This document shows positions 20,949 through 30,761 of a DNA stretch of 50,386 bases, piece after piece. The stretch covers positions 1 to 50,386 of the forward strand of contig JALNLM010000009.1 of the NCBI GenBank assembly GCA_023254095.1, in the 5' to 3' direction. This DNA is from Candidatus Geocrenenecus huangii (lineage in GTDB: Archaea; Thermoproteota; Nitrososphaeria_A; Caldarchaeales; Wolframiiraptoraceae). The notes under the pieces were generated by a model. The model saw nothing but the letters and a program-made list of their open reading frames with translations. It was not told the DNA's origin and made no database searches. The position numbers and the translations under genes are program-made. Each line of letters starts with the position of its first letter. The stretch's first letter is position 1.

Positions 20949-22235
20949 ATGCTAGGTAATCCAACAATATTCAGTTTAGCTATTGTAGAGAAAGAAAAAG
21001 AAAGATACTATAGAGAAGACGTAAGCAAAAGGCTGGAGATCTTTAATTCATCTAGACTCAGAGAAATATATCTTGAACTCGGCGATGGCTTATCAATACT
21101 ACTCTACTTCTCTCAGCCTTCTATCTACTATGAACAGAATAGGGGCATAATGTACATTGAATGTTATCCAGATGATTTAATGAAAGAGTTTGAGAAGATA
21201 AGTCTAGATAGTTCGATGAGAGAGTTGGAAGAAGTTCTCGTAGGTATTGATGGATTCTTCACAGGATTCATAGTAGATAAATCGAGGATCATTTTCTTCA
21301 GAGACCATGTAGGAGCAATACCATGCAATTATCGAATCAGCGATGGATCCTTCATGGCGGCATCATTTAAGAAGATCATGAATGGTGGAGTTGGTCTTCC
21401 ACCTGGAAGAATATTGGTTTGGGATAAAGGATCTCTAAAGATTCATAGATGGTTTCGATGGAAACAACTAGATGGGGATCGTGTCCAAGAACTGAAGAAT
21501 AGGTTGGTCGATGTTTTCTCTAGATATCTTCCTGAATATTTCAGTCTAAGTTTTTCAGGCGGTATAGATAGTACTATAATAGCTTTTGTTGGCTCTCTGC
21601 TTAATAGGAGCTTTGAATGCGTTACCGTTGGAACAGAAAACTCTATTGATTTCCAATGGGCTGAAGAGGCTGCATCAATCCTGGGGCTGAGACTTAGAAA
21701 GGTCAAGGTATCTATGGATCTTGTAAAGAATGTTGTAGAAGTTGTTTCTAGGTATCTTGTGAATCCTACTTCCATGGATAAGTGTATTGCCTCGGTTTAT
21801 TACTTAGTGGCCACAAACAGTATAGATGATTTTATTGTCTCAGGTCAGGGCGCAGATGAATTATTCGGTGGATATTACAAATACATCAAGCTTAGGAGAG
21901 AGAAGAATCTAAAGTATGTTCATGGAGTTATGATGAGTGATCTACTTAGATTGCATGAAACAAATATTGAAAGAGACTACCTGATAGTGACGGTTGCGGG
22001 TAGGAGGCTTATCCAACCATTTTTGGCCAAACAGATCTTCGAGATAGCTCTATCTACACCCGTAGAATTGAAGATTGACTTAGAAGATGATGTGAGGAAG
22101 ATCATGTTAAGAAAAGTCGGCGAGATGTTAGGCATCCCTAAAGAATTAATCATGAAGCCTAAAAAAGCACTACAGTATAGTTCAGGAATTCAAAAACTTG
22201 TGTCGAGCATGATTAAAAAGCCGTCATATATTTGA
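20949..22235 (+). CDS. Asparagine synthetase B-like protein (PP-loop synthetase, degenerate glutaminase domain)
   Basis: RDHVGAIP, SFSGGIDS, SGQGADELFGGY, RKIMLRK and KKALQYSSG motifs; no N-terminal Cys. Confidence 0.85.
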   Translation: MLGNPTIFSLAIVEKEKERYYREDVSKRLEIFNSSRLREIYLELGDGLSILLYFSQPSIYYEQNRGIMYIECYPDDLMKEFEKISLDSSMRELEEVLVGIDGFFTGFIVDKSRIIFFRDHVGAIPCNYRISDGSFMAASFKKIMNGGVGLPPGRILVWDKGSLKIHRWFRWKQLDGDRVQELKNRLVDVFSRYLPEYFSLSFSGGIDSTIIAFVGSLLNRSFECVTVGTENSIDFQWAEEAASILGLRLRKVKVSMDLVKNVVEVVSRYLVNPTSMDKCIASVYYLVATNSIDDFIVSGQGADELFGGYYKYIKLRREKNLKYVHGVMMSDLLRLHETNIERDYLIVTVAGRRLIQPFLAKQIFEIALSTPVELKIDLEDDVRKIMLRKVGEMLGIPKELIMKPKKALQYSSGIQKLVSSMIKKPSYI

Positions 22236-22671
22236 GCAGGAAATATTTTGTCAGCATACCGATAAAAGTTAAGTGATGAAGAGATGCGATTAATGTAGAA
22301 TTGGCAAGGAAAGAGCAAATATTGTTGATAGTGTTGCTAACATTGGTTAACAGTAATGCCGAAGGAATGTCGAAGGTAATCGCCTCTTTGGATGAAGATG
22401 GGAAATCAGTCAGGAACTACATATAAGGTTAACCGCAATAGCCACATCTTCACTGGAATAAATTTACGGTATTACCTTAAGCATTGAGAAGAGGATATAG
22501 AATCCCAGAAGTCCGACCTCGAATGAAATTCTACTATTAACCTATGTATATAAGGTGTAAAAGCATCAATATGGTGGAAAACACCAAAAGACCTTATAAC
22601 CCGGACTAAAACTTTTTTATGCAGCGTTAAGTATTATAAGTCTTGAAATAATGAAAAACGAGTGAGATGGA

Positions 22672-24543
22672 TTGTATCGTAGACTAGCAAGTCTCTGCAC
22701 AGCTTTAATAATCTCCATAATCTTCCTAGCATATATTATCAGCATCGGGTACACGGTCTCACAATATACAATCGACTCAAACTATATCGTACCCCTAACC
22801 GTAAATGGGGTTGAAGTGCAACCACCAGTTAAAGTGTCTGAAGGAGATACAATATGTGTAAAAGAAACCATAGTGTATCTACTCCAGAACAAGAGGTTGA
22901 TATTTAGGGGATGGAATGACGGAGTTAGAGACCAATGCAGAGTAGTGAAAGGAAATCATACAGCGCTATACGATCTAGAAGTCCTATTACAAATATATGC
23001 GGAGCCAAAAGCACTGAGAAAGAGTGAATGGGTGAAAGCAGGCACACTTGTTAAATTAGACTACCCGGAGATCTATCATGAAGATAGGTCGGTAAGATAT
23101 GTATTCGAGATGTGGAGTGGTGGCGAGACCCCGTTCCAGCCAAATAACGTGATCTTCGTATCCGAGCCGGCTCGTCTAGAAGCAAGATACGTTAAAGAAT
23201 ATTTTGTTGAGGCTGTAGGTCTAGTAAAGATAAATGGTACAGGATGGTACAGGGATGGAGAAGTAGCTATCATAGCCACAAAGCCTGTGATCTACTTATC
23301 AGATGAGGAGAGATTAGTCTTCACTGGATGGGAGTCTATAGGAGCTGTGCCAGTAATCATAAGCAATCCGCAGAACTCTATAATAGTAATAAACGTTAAA
23401 GGACCATACATTTTAAGAGCAAACTATGAAAGACAGTATCGAGTAGAGGTAACGAGTCCTAAAGGCGTATTATTTAAAGGATGGGTTAAGGATGGTGAAA
23501 CAATCAGGATACAGGCAGACCCAATAATACAGTTGCTGGAAGATACGCGGCTGAGATTTGTTGAATGGAGTTTAACCGATCTACCGAAGGTACCGGATGT
23601 GACTCTTCAAGTCCATAAACCATACAATTTTACAGCAATATATGTCAGACAATACTATCTATCAGTTGATTCCCAGTATGGTGCAGCAGGTGAAGGATGG
23701 TATGATGAAGGAACATTTGCGGTTGTCAGAGCAAATCCTCAGCCTCCATCCAATGTCATGATAAATAGAAAACTTGTTGGATACTCTGGAGATTGCGGAT
23801 ACGATTGCCAGCACGATAACGGTGTAGCAATGGTTAAGGTCGACTCGCCAAAGAGTATTAGAGCTATTTATACAACCGAGCCGAACCTACTAACAATAGG
23901 GATAATTACGGGTATAGGTGGAGCTCTAGTAGCAGTATACGCCCTAACAGGTAAGAAGAAGCCTGAAGAAGCTAAGTTAAAACTAGAGGAAGCCTTGGAG
24001 AGGGAGACGAAGAAGGAAATGGTGTATAGTGCAGATCCATCCAGAGCATTATTTAGGTGTACTGAATGTGGAGCAATGGTGAAAGGTAGGGAGAAAGCAC
24101 TCAAACATGTTAGAAAACATAGCTACAAGCATCCTGTAATGGAGTATGTAGCATTAGAAGAGATCGCTGAACCCTTGGATGAGAGGACGGCGATACTTTG
24201 GACGAAGGGGTTGAAGCTTAGAATGACTCCGCCAGACCAGTTGACGGTTAAAGAGCTTGTCCAGCCTGGAGACATAATAAGATACACTGAGATACCTGGA
24301 AGACTAAGAGTAGAATCGGTTGAGAAGCATGAGAGATTCGGCCTACCGGTCTTCACGATAGTAGCGACTCCGACAGATGATAGTGGGGTAAAACCGTACA
24401 GGAGATACATCAATGACATGGTTGCACAGGATGGAAAAATATACTGTATACTTGAAGAATGTGACTGTCAGGTATACGTAGAGACTCGTGCACCTAGAAA
24501 TAGGGAGGTTGAAAGAATAGCTCAAACATCTAGAAAAACATAA
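22672..24543 (+). CDS. Membrane-anchored cell-surface repeat protein with cytoplasmic C2H2 zinc finger
   Basis: Signal/anchor helix, repeated GxGWYxxG / FxGW / AxYxRQY units, TM LLTIGIITGIGGALVAVYALTG-KKK, then CTEC-x12-HVRKH. Confidence 0.8.
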   Translation: MYRRLASLCTALIISIIFLAYIISIGYTVSQYTIDSNYIVPLTVNGVEVQPPVKVSEGDTICVKETIVYLLQNKRLIFRGWNDGVRDQCRVVKGNHTALYDLEVLLQIYAEPKALRKSEWVKAGTLVKLDYPEIYHEDRSVRYVFEMWSGGETPFQPNNVIFVSEPARLEARYVKEYFVEAVGLVKINGTGWYRDGEVAIIATKPVIYLSDEERLVFTGWESIGAVPVIISNPQNSIIVINVKGPYILRANYERQYRVEVTSPKGVLFKGWVKDGETIRIQADPIIQLLEDTRLRFVEWSLTDLPKVPDVTLQVHKPYNFTAIYVRQYYLSVDSQYGAAGEGWYDEGTFAVVRANPQPPSNVMINRKLVGYSGDCGYDCQHDNGVAMVKVDSPKSIRAIYTTEPNLLTIGIITGIGGALVAVYALTGKKKPEEAKLKLEEALERETKKEMVYSADPSRALFRCTECGAMVKGREKALKHVRKHSYKHPVMEYVALEEIAEPLDERTAILWTKGLKLRMTPPDQLTVKELVQPGDIIRYTEIPGRLRVESVEKHERFGLPVFTIVATPTDDSGVKPYRRYINDMVAQDGKIYCILEECDCQVYVETRAPRNREVERIAQTSRKT

Positions 24544-24615
24544 ACGACCATCACTTAGAGTAAGTCTATCATGATTGTAATACAAAATGGAAATATAGTA
24601 TTTAAGAGCAGATGA

Positions 24616-25167
24616 GTGGGGGAAGATATGGATTACCTACTAGAGATAAATGATGTTCTTTCAAGATTGAAAGAGGTCAGGAGAACCGGATGGGTAGAGA
24701 GAGGAGTTGAGGATCCTGAATCCGTAGCAGATCATTCTTTCAACGTAGTTGCGTTATCTATAATATTGGCGGACGCCAGAGGTCTAGACGTAGCAGAGGT
24801 TGCTAGAATGGCCATACTGCATGATCTACCAGAAGCAGTAATAGGAGACCTTACGCCATCCCAGAAAAGAGAAAAACTAAGTGAACTGGGAAGAATAGAA
24901 GATGAAATAATAAAATCGTTGGCAGGATCGATGCCTAGGGAAGTTGGGGATAAATATCTTCAAGCATGGAGAAAGCTAGTTGAGGGTAGATCGCCTGAAG
25001 CTAAGCTCGTAAGACTGGTTGATAAACTGGAAATGGGTTTACAGGCCACTAGATATATCAAGAAGGGAGGGGATAATAAGTTGCTAGAGATATACTATTC
25101 TGGAATCGATTCTGTAAAAGAAGATCCCTGTCTATTGGAGATCTTGAAGAAAGCGTTAGAACGGTGA
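24616..25167 (+). CDS. HD-domain phosphohydrolase (YfbR/HDDC2-like 5'-deoxynucleotidase)
   Basis: LKEVRRTGW, ESVADHS, ILHDLPEAVIGD and DKLE motifs. Confidence 0.92.
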   Translation: MGEDMDYLLEINDVLSRLKEVRRTGWVERGVEDPESVADHSFNVVALSIILADARGLDVAEVARMAILHDLPEAVIGDLTPSQKREKLSELGRIEDEIIKSLAGSMPREVGDKYLQAWRKLVEGRSPEAKLVRLVDKLEMGLQATRYIKKGGDNKLLEIYYSGIDSVKEDPCLLEILKKALER

Positions 25168-25209
25168 AGATATATACCTCCGGAGATATAATCGTTGTAG
25201 AAGATAAGG

Positions 25210-26277
25210 ATGGCGTTAGCCGATAAACTTTCAACGAGAGCAAAGTATCCATTTCTCCCAGAAGCTAAGGAAGCATTTCTAGCATTAGGATTCAATCTAG
25301 ACTCTTTTAGAGACGCGTCTACAAAACCGATAGTGGAGAGAGCGGCAAAGAGAATAATCAATGCGCTGCATTGGGGGGAGAATGTAAACCCGATGGATGT
25401 AACGGAAGATGATGTAACAGAACTAGTATCTTTCCCTTTAGCAATAATCCTGGCAGCAAAAACAGGCGATAAATATCTTCAAAGAAGATTTGCATTAGCG
25501 GAAGCATCCTTAGCGTATAAGAGGATGAGCAATGAAGACTCAGAACTTATTTTGAGGATCGCTAGAGAAGCTTTTAAGATAAATGTGGAGTATGATGACA
25601 CCTATCCACCCTACCGGTACACGGTAGGCTTAGTAGATTACTTGAAATCTGCTTCTAAATTTAACGACCCAGTATGGAAGCTAGTAAATAGAGTAGTAGC
25701 TAGAGGTAGAGTCTACATAGAGTCTCGTGAATTGATACGTCTCCTTAGAGATAGGATAGAAAAATACATTCTGGAGAACATCGAGAAAGCTGAGATAGAA
25801 GTCGGTAAACTTCCAGAAAATCTTGAAGAAGTTGTGAAAAACATTAGAAATCAGATCCCTGAAAGAAAGTTTGAAGATTTAACGTTAAAAGAGGGGTCGA
25901 GTCCGGAAGCATGGCCTCCATGCATGAAGGCGATATACGGTAAACTTACTTCGGGTGAAAGCGTAAGCCACTTCGCTAACTTCATGATGGCAGCTTTCCT
26001 CGTCAACATAGGATTACCGGTAGAGGAGATCATATCCATATACTCTAGGAGAAGCGACTTTAATGAGAGAATAGCTAGGTACCAGGTAGAACACATAGCG
26101 GGACTGAGGGGGAGTAGGACCAAATACATTACGCCAAGCTGCAGCAAGATAAGGACCAATGGATTATGTATAGAGAATGGGAGATTATGTGGAAACATTA
26201 AGAACCCCATGACATACTACAAGAAGAAGTTGAGGGAGTTGAAGAGGATTGATAAAGATAAGGCTCAGGAAAAATGA
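25210..26277 (+). CDS. priL: DNA primase large subunit
   Basis: KYPFLPEA, WKLVNR, PPCM, YQVEHIAG..G, PSC..IRT.GLC...C..IKNP.YY with four Fe-S cysteines. Confidence 0.95.
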   Translation: MALADKLSTRAKYPFLPEAKEAFLALGFNLDSFRDASTKPIVERAAKRIINALHWGENVNPMDVTEDDVTELVSFPLAIILAAKTGDKYLQRRFALAEASLAYKRMSNEDSELILRIAREAFKINVEYDDTYPPYRYTVGLVDYLKSASKFNDPVWKLVNRVVARGRVYIESRELIRLLRDRIEKYILENIEKAEIEVGKLPENLEEVVKNIRNQIPERKFEDLTLKEGSSPEAWPPCMKAIYGKLTSGESVSHFANFMMAAFLVNIGLPVEEIISIYSRRSDFNERIARYQVEHIAGLRGSRTKYITPSCSKIRTNGLCIENGRLCGNIKNPMTYYKKKLRELKRIDKDKAQEK

Positions 26278-26611
26278 GAATACAATCAATCTAGCGGCCA
26301 GCATGGCTGAAGAATTAGTACCCCTCGAGATAGTCCCAATCATAAAAAACAACGAGATCGTATTAGATGATTCATCGTCAAGCAGGCCTCTCAGTGTGGA
26401 AGAAGCATTGCAGTATGTAAGAAGAAGTTTAGAAAGATTAAAGACAAAATATAGATACATCTATGTTAAGAGAGAAACAATATGCGTGGAAGATTTAGAA
26501 GGAGAGGAGAAGAAGTATGAGCCTCCCTTACTATTCTGCCCGTTCTGCGGGTATGTAACACAGTATGAAGAAATATACTGGATACATGTGAAGAGCCACG
26601 GAGTAATCTAG
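26249..26611 (+). CDS. Small protein with C-terminal C2H2 zinc finger
   Basis: CPFC-x12-HVKSH at the C-terminus; TTG start overlaps the end of priL. Confidence 0.72.
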   Translation: MIKIRLRKNENTINLAASMAEELVPLEIVPIIKNNEIVLDDSSSSRPLSVEEALQYVRRSLERLKTKYRYIYVKRETICVEDLEGEEKKYEPPLLFCPFCGYVTQYEEIYWIHVKSHGVI

Positions 26612-27483
26612 GTATATTTCTTCTGTAGAAGCCTCAACCTTAACTCTCTCTCCGAGATCTCGGCAATCCTGTCATGATTGATTGATAGGTCGACCCCCTT
26701 CACAACTCCCACCAACTCATTATAAGTTGGCTCACGATTCCTGTAGATTATGCCTACGGGATACTTGCCATCTTCTTGAATAGATAGAATCATTTCTACG
26801 GCATTCTTGAGGTTTTCAAAAGGTGCTCCCAACTCTTCAACATATACGATTCTCTCTCTTAATTCTCTAATTGTTCTCACTGGATTGAATGTTGGACACA
26901 TGCTCAATACATTGATTAAAGAGAACCCCTTATGGTTAATTGCTTCCTTGAAGTATTCTTTCAATCTATCTATGTCACCTACAAATCCTTGAGCTACAAA
27001 TGTTGCTCCGCTCATTAATGCTAGTAATAGTGGGTTAACAGGTTTCTCAGGCCAAGCTCTAGGGTAGTTCTTCAGATGAGAGTAGATAGGAGTAGTAGGT
27101 GAGGGTTGACCCCTAGTATTTCCAAAGACACCGTTATCTACAACTATGTATGTTATCTCTACGTTTCTTCTAGCAGTATGTATTAGGTGGCTGCATCCAA
27201 TACTGTATGCATCTCCATCTCCCGAAATACCTATAACCTTGAGCCTCGGATTGACAAGCTTGACCCCCGTGGCCGCTGGCAGAACTCTTCCATGTATACC
27301 TTTCAAAGCATTAGTATTTAGATAACTCCAGATAAAAGTCGCGCAACCTATACCGCATACGAGAACGATCTCTTCAGGTCTAAGATTAAGTTCTAGAAAT
27401 GCTTTTTTCAACGCTTCATATATAGAGAAATCTCCACAACCTGGACACCATCTAGGTTTAGAACGCTCGAAAATATCTATCAA
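26608..27483 (-). CDS. 2-oxoacid:ferredoxin oxidoreductase beta subunit (KorB-type)
   Basis: WCPGCGD, GIGC, HGR, GDGD TPP motif, DNGVFGNTRGQPSPT. Confidence 0.95.
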   Translation of the reverse strand: MIDIFERSKPRWCPGCGDFSIYEALKKAFLELNLRPEEIVLVCGIGCATFIWSYLNTNALKGIHGRVLPAATGVKLVNPRLKVIGISGDGDAYSIGCSHLIHTARRNVEITYIVVDNGVFGNTRGQPSPTTPIYSHLKNYPRAWPEKPVNPLLLALMSGATFVAQGFVGDIDRLKEYFKEAINHKGFSLINVLSMCPTFNPVRTIRELRERIVYVEELGAPFENLKNAVEMILSIQEDGKYPVGIIYRNREPTYNELVGVVKGVDLSINHDRIAEISERELRLRLLQKKYT

Positions 27484-27485
27484 GC

Positions 27486-29168
27486 TTACCCAATCCCTCC
27501 ATCCATTAGTTCTTGATGGATCTCTCTAGGCCTGAACGGCATACCATCGAATTTCTTCACACTCTTCAATTCCACTCTTTTCGGAAGCTTCGAGGATACT
27601 AGGTTCATAAGTTGACCTGATGCATTCTGTTCAACAACGTATATTCTCTCAGCGTCTTTCAAGGTCTCTTCAAGCTTCTTCGGCAGAGGCCACAACTGCT
27701 TTAAAGGTATATGCATGATCTTCCTACCAGTCTTCCTAATCTTATATAGGGCTTCTTCAACGGCGCATCTACATGAACCGATGCTTATAACTGCTTCAAC
27801 GGCGTCCACATCACCTAAAACCTCCCACGAGATGGGTTGATCTTCTAGTTCTTTCATCTTCTCCATTCTTTTTAAAGACATCTCAACGTGAGTCCGTCCA
27901 TCTTGCATACTTAGACCTCTAACATCATGTTCTACACTACTTGCTACAACGAGGAAGCCCCTAATAGGAGGTGCGGGAAAAGCATCTATCGAACCACTAT
28001 AGTTTGGGTATACTTGGAGTGTGGCCCCCTCACTGCCGGATGCAAGTCTACGTCCTGGAACCTTAGATACCTGAAGCCCCTCAAGGGTAAAATAATTCAT
28101 TACATAAGCATGATCTAGCAATAATATTACTGGGCATCTGTAGCGGTCTGCAAGCTCAAACGCATCTACAGTCATACTGTAATACTCCTCTATAGTTGAA
28201 GGCGCTAGGACAATTCTGGGCGCGTCGCCATGGGATGGATGCGTAGCTAAATCTATGTCTCCCTGCTCGTGAGCGGTTGGGAGACCGGTGCTGGGGCCGG
28301 CTCTTTGAACATCTACAACTACGATCGGTATTTCAGCCATAGATGATAAACCGATCCCTTCAACCATTAGGGAGAGACCTGGACCGGAGGTCGCGGTCAT
28401 GGCTCTTGCTCCAGCATAACTCGCCCCGATCACCATGTTCACTGCAGAAAGCTCATCCTCAACTTGTACAGCTACCCCTCCTACTTCTGGAAGCCACTTT
28501 ACGAGTCTCTCCATTATGCCTGTGGATGGCGTAATAGGGTAGCCGGCATAGAACTTGCACCCTCCCGATAATGCAGCTAAAGCGACTAAATCTGAACCTT
28601 GTAAAACATTCTTCGGAGAATCAGAGCAGGGCAGGTTATAGCTCTCTAGACCCGTATCCATGAAAATCCTGTAACCGGCCTCAACTCCTCTAAGATTAGA
28701 TTCTAGAAGGTCTTTTCTCGAAATCTTTCTTTCTAGAATCTTTGATATGGTCTCTAACCTGAGTCCGAGGAGACCTGAGATAAACCCTACTGCGATGATG
28801 TTCGGCCTAGTCTTACTCTCCAGCGAAGTCTTCTTTAAGGGTAGCTTTAGTATCCTACAGTTAAATCGTGGAGCACTATTCTCTTCATCAACTACGACGA
28901 TGCTGTTCTCTGAAAGTAAGCCATCCGCGTCCATTACTTCAACCTCGCCTAAAATAGTTAGAATATCTATCTTGTCTGAGCGAGCTTGGATCTTTCTATC
29001 AGAGATTCTTATCTCCGAGTAGGTGTATCCTCCCCTAACGATTGTTGGAAACCATCTAAAAGTACATACGTTTAATCCTCTGAGAGAACATCCTTCAACT
29101 ATGACTTCGGTTGCAAACTCTATTCCCTGCCCGGTTAGACCATCAATTCTTAACGAGACTTCCTTCAA
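27486..29168 (-). CDS. 2-oxoacid:ferredoxin oxidoreductase alpha subunit (gamma-alpha fusion, KorA-type)
   Basis: GxxGQG, RGG, AGYPITPS, EDE, TSGPG and QRAGPSTGLPT motifs. Confidence 0.95.
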   Translation of the reverse strand: MKEVSLRIDGLTGQGIEFATEVIVEGCSLRGLNVCTFRWFPTIVRGGYTYSEIRISDRKIQARSDKIDILTILGEVEVMDADGLLSENSIVVVDEENSAPRFNCRILKLPLKKTSLESKTRPNIIAVGFISGLLGLRLETISKILERKISRKDLLESNLRGVEAGYRIFMDTGLESYNLPCSDSPKNVLQGSDLVALAALSGGCKFYAGYPITPSTGIMERLVKWLPEVGGVAVQVEDELSAVNMVIGASYAGARAMTATSGPGLSLMVEGIGLSSMAEIPIVVVDVQRAGPSTGLPTAHEQGDIDLATHPSHGDAPRIVLAPSTIEEYYSMTVDAFELADRYRCPVILLLDHAYVMNYFTLEGLQVSKVPGRRLASGSEGATLQVYPNYSGSIDAFPAPPIRGFLVVASSVEHDVRGLSMQDGRTHVEMSLKRMEKMKELEDQPISWEVLGDVDAVEAVISIGSCRCAVEEALYKIRKTGRKIMHIPLKQLWPLPKKLEETLKDAERIYVVEQNASGQLMNLVSSKLPKRVELKSVKKFDGMPFRPREIHQELMDGGIG

Positions 29169-29396
29169 GATGACTTCATGGATGATTTACTTAATACTCT
29201 CTCAAAAATATTCTTGAATATGCTGAGGCCATGAAACGTAACTATGACGATGAGGCTGAAACATGAAAGATAGGGAAGAAGTATGAAGTTTTTCAGAAGA
29301 ACTAAAAGAAATTTTTACATAATCCGAAGAAATCTTTAGACATCCTTAAAAGATGGTACGATTTCCAGTTTGATCAAGGTATCGAGCTCGTGGATA

Positions 29397-29765
29397 CTAA
29401 GATTTAAAGAATAACCAGCCTTTTGGAGTATTTATCAAGATGTATCGTCCACGAAGTTTTACCCCATCTAAGTGTACAATTATCTTACTTTCAGGAACAT
29501 GTTCTTCAAGCCTATACTCGCCTTTATCCCAGATCTTAACTATTCCAGCACCATACCCTTGGATGATTTCTCCCTCGAAATCTGCATAAGAGAGGTCATG
29601 GTCAGGCTGAGGAATACAGAGTCTCTTCACATTCTTGGTGATAGGGGGCTCCTTCCTCATTGCCCAAGACTTTAAGACCCCTTCTATCTCGATCCTCAGG
29701 TCATAGTGGAGACCAGCCCTCTTCGCAAAATGCTGATGGACAACGAATATCGGCGTAAAGCTCAC
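29397..29765 (-). CDS. Stand-alone LigD-type 3'-phosphoesterase (PE) domain protein
   Basis: FVVHQH...LHYDLRIE..GVLKSWA...DH.L.Y.DFEG.I..GYGAG.V.IWDKG. Confidence 0.92.
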   Translation of the reverse strand: MSFTPIFVVHQHFAKRAGLHYDLRIEIEGVLKSWAMRKEPPITKNVKRLCIPQPDHDLSYADFEGEIIQGYGAGIVKIWDKGEYRLEEHVPESKIIVHLDGVKLRGRYILINTPKGWLFFKS

Positions 29766-30652
29766 CTCAATCTGTAAAGAAACAGTCTACCATCATCAAA
29801 TTTACTATCGATTATCTTTTCATCAATAAGCCAAGAGATGTATGATTTCAAAGCTGAGCTATACAAGAAATACATTGAAGGAGAAAGCTCCAAATTGAAA
29901 TCCCTCAAGATATTCGAGAATAGTTCTTCGAGAGATATCCCGCTTGAAGTATATTCTTCTATGAGGTCCCTAACTCTCTGAATAGATTGGAGATTAACTT
30001 TAATGATACTGCCAATATCGGAGACTGGTTCAAAGTGGCTGGGAACATAATATCTGAAATTCATCTTCTCTAATTTAATCAGGGTTTTTACGGCTTCCTT
30101 AACATTGAAATGATATATTACTCCGAATTTTTTTATTGAGTTCTCGGAGAAGATTGCATCAGCAATAAAGAATACATCATCAGAGATTACGCCATACATG
30201 TTGAAAGAGTGTCCAGGGAGACTTACGTATCTAAATCCCGTTTCTTCATCTAATCCTTCTATCACCGTTCTATCGACCTTGGAGGGATTAGCCATGAGGA
30301 ATTTTTCTTTTAAGCTTTCAGGAGGATGAGAACCGTAGAGGAACAATGGTTCGAGGACAGGGTTCTCGATAAAGTAGGATTCTAGGCTCGGGGCCAAGAC
30401 CTTAGCTTCAGCTCTATCCAGTATAATGTCGTTTCCACCAATATGGTCTGCATGTGAATGAGTATTGAAGATATACTTTATTCTTAGTCCAGCTTCTCTA
30501 ACTACGTTAAATATTCTCCTGCCCTGGTCTTCGTCTAACCCTGTGTCAATTACCATACACCAATCGTCTCTAGAGACTACTCCGACATTAGTCCTTCCAG
30601 GAATATAGTAGATATCTCCAAATATCTTCCTCAATTCTCTAACTGGACGCAT
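29762..30652 (-). CDS. Metallo-beta-lactamase-fold hydrolase
   Basis: IDTG, THSHADHIGG, PGHS, D and PSH motifs; winged-helix-like tail. Confidence 0.92.
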   Translation of the reverse strand: MRPVRELRKIFGDIYYIPGRTNVGVVSRDDWCMVIDTGLDEDQGRRIFNVVREAGLRIKYIFNTHSHADHIGGNDIILDRAEAKVLAPSLESYFIENPVLEPLFLYGSHPPESLKEKFLMANPSKVDRTVIEGLDEETGFRYVSLPGHSFNMYGVISDDVFFIADAIFSENSIKKFGVIYHFNVKEAVKTLIKLEKMNFRYYVPSHFEPVSDIGSIIKVNLQSIQRVRDLIEEYTSSGISLEELFSNILRDFNLELSPSMYFLYSSALKSYISWLIDEKIIDSKFDDGRLFLYRLR

Positions 30653-30761
30653 CTAAATCATCTTTACAAAAACATCCAAGCATATAATAATTATCTCTAG
30701 ACATACGTAGTATTTGAAGAGGTTAAAGATAAAAGTGAGGGAGAATACACAATCGTGGAGG

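Noticed and set aside
29215-29300. Second C/D-box-like cluster (ATGCTGA, ATGACGA, CTGA)
   Set aside because: Boxes are imperfect and the spacing does not give two ~12-nt guides.
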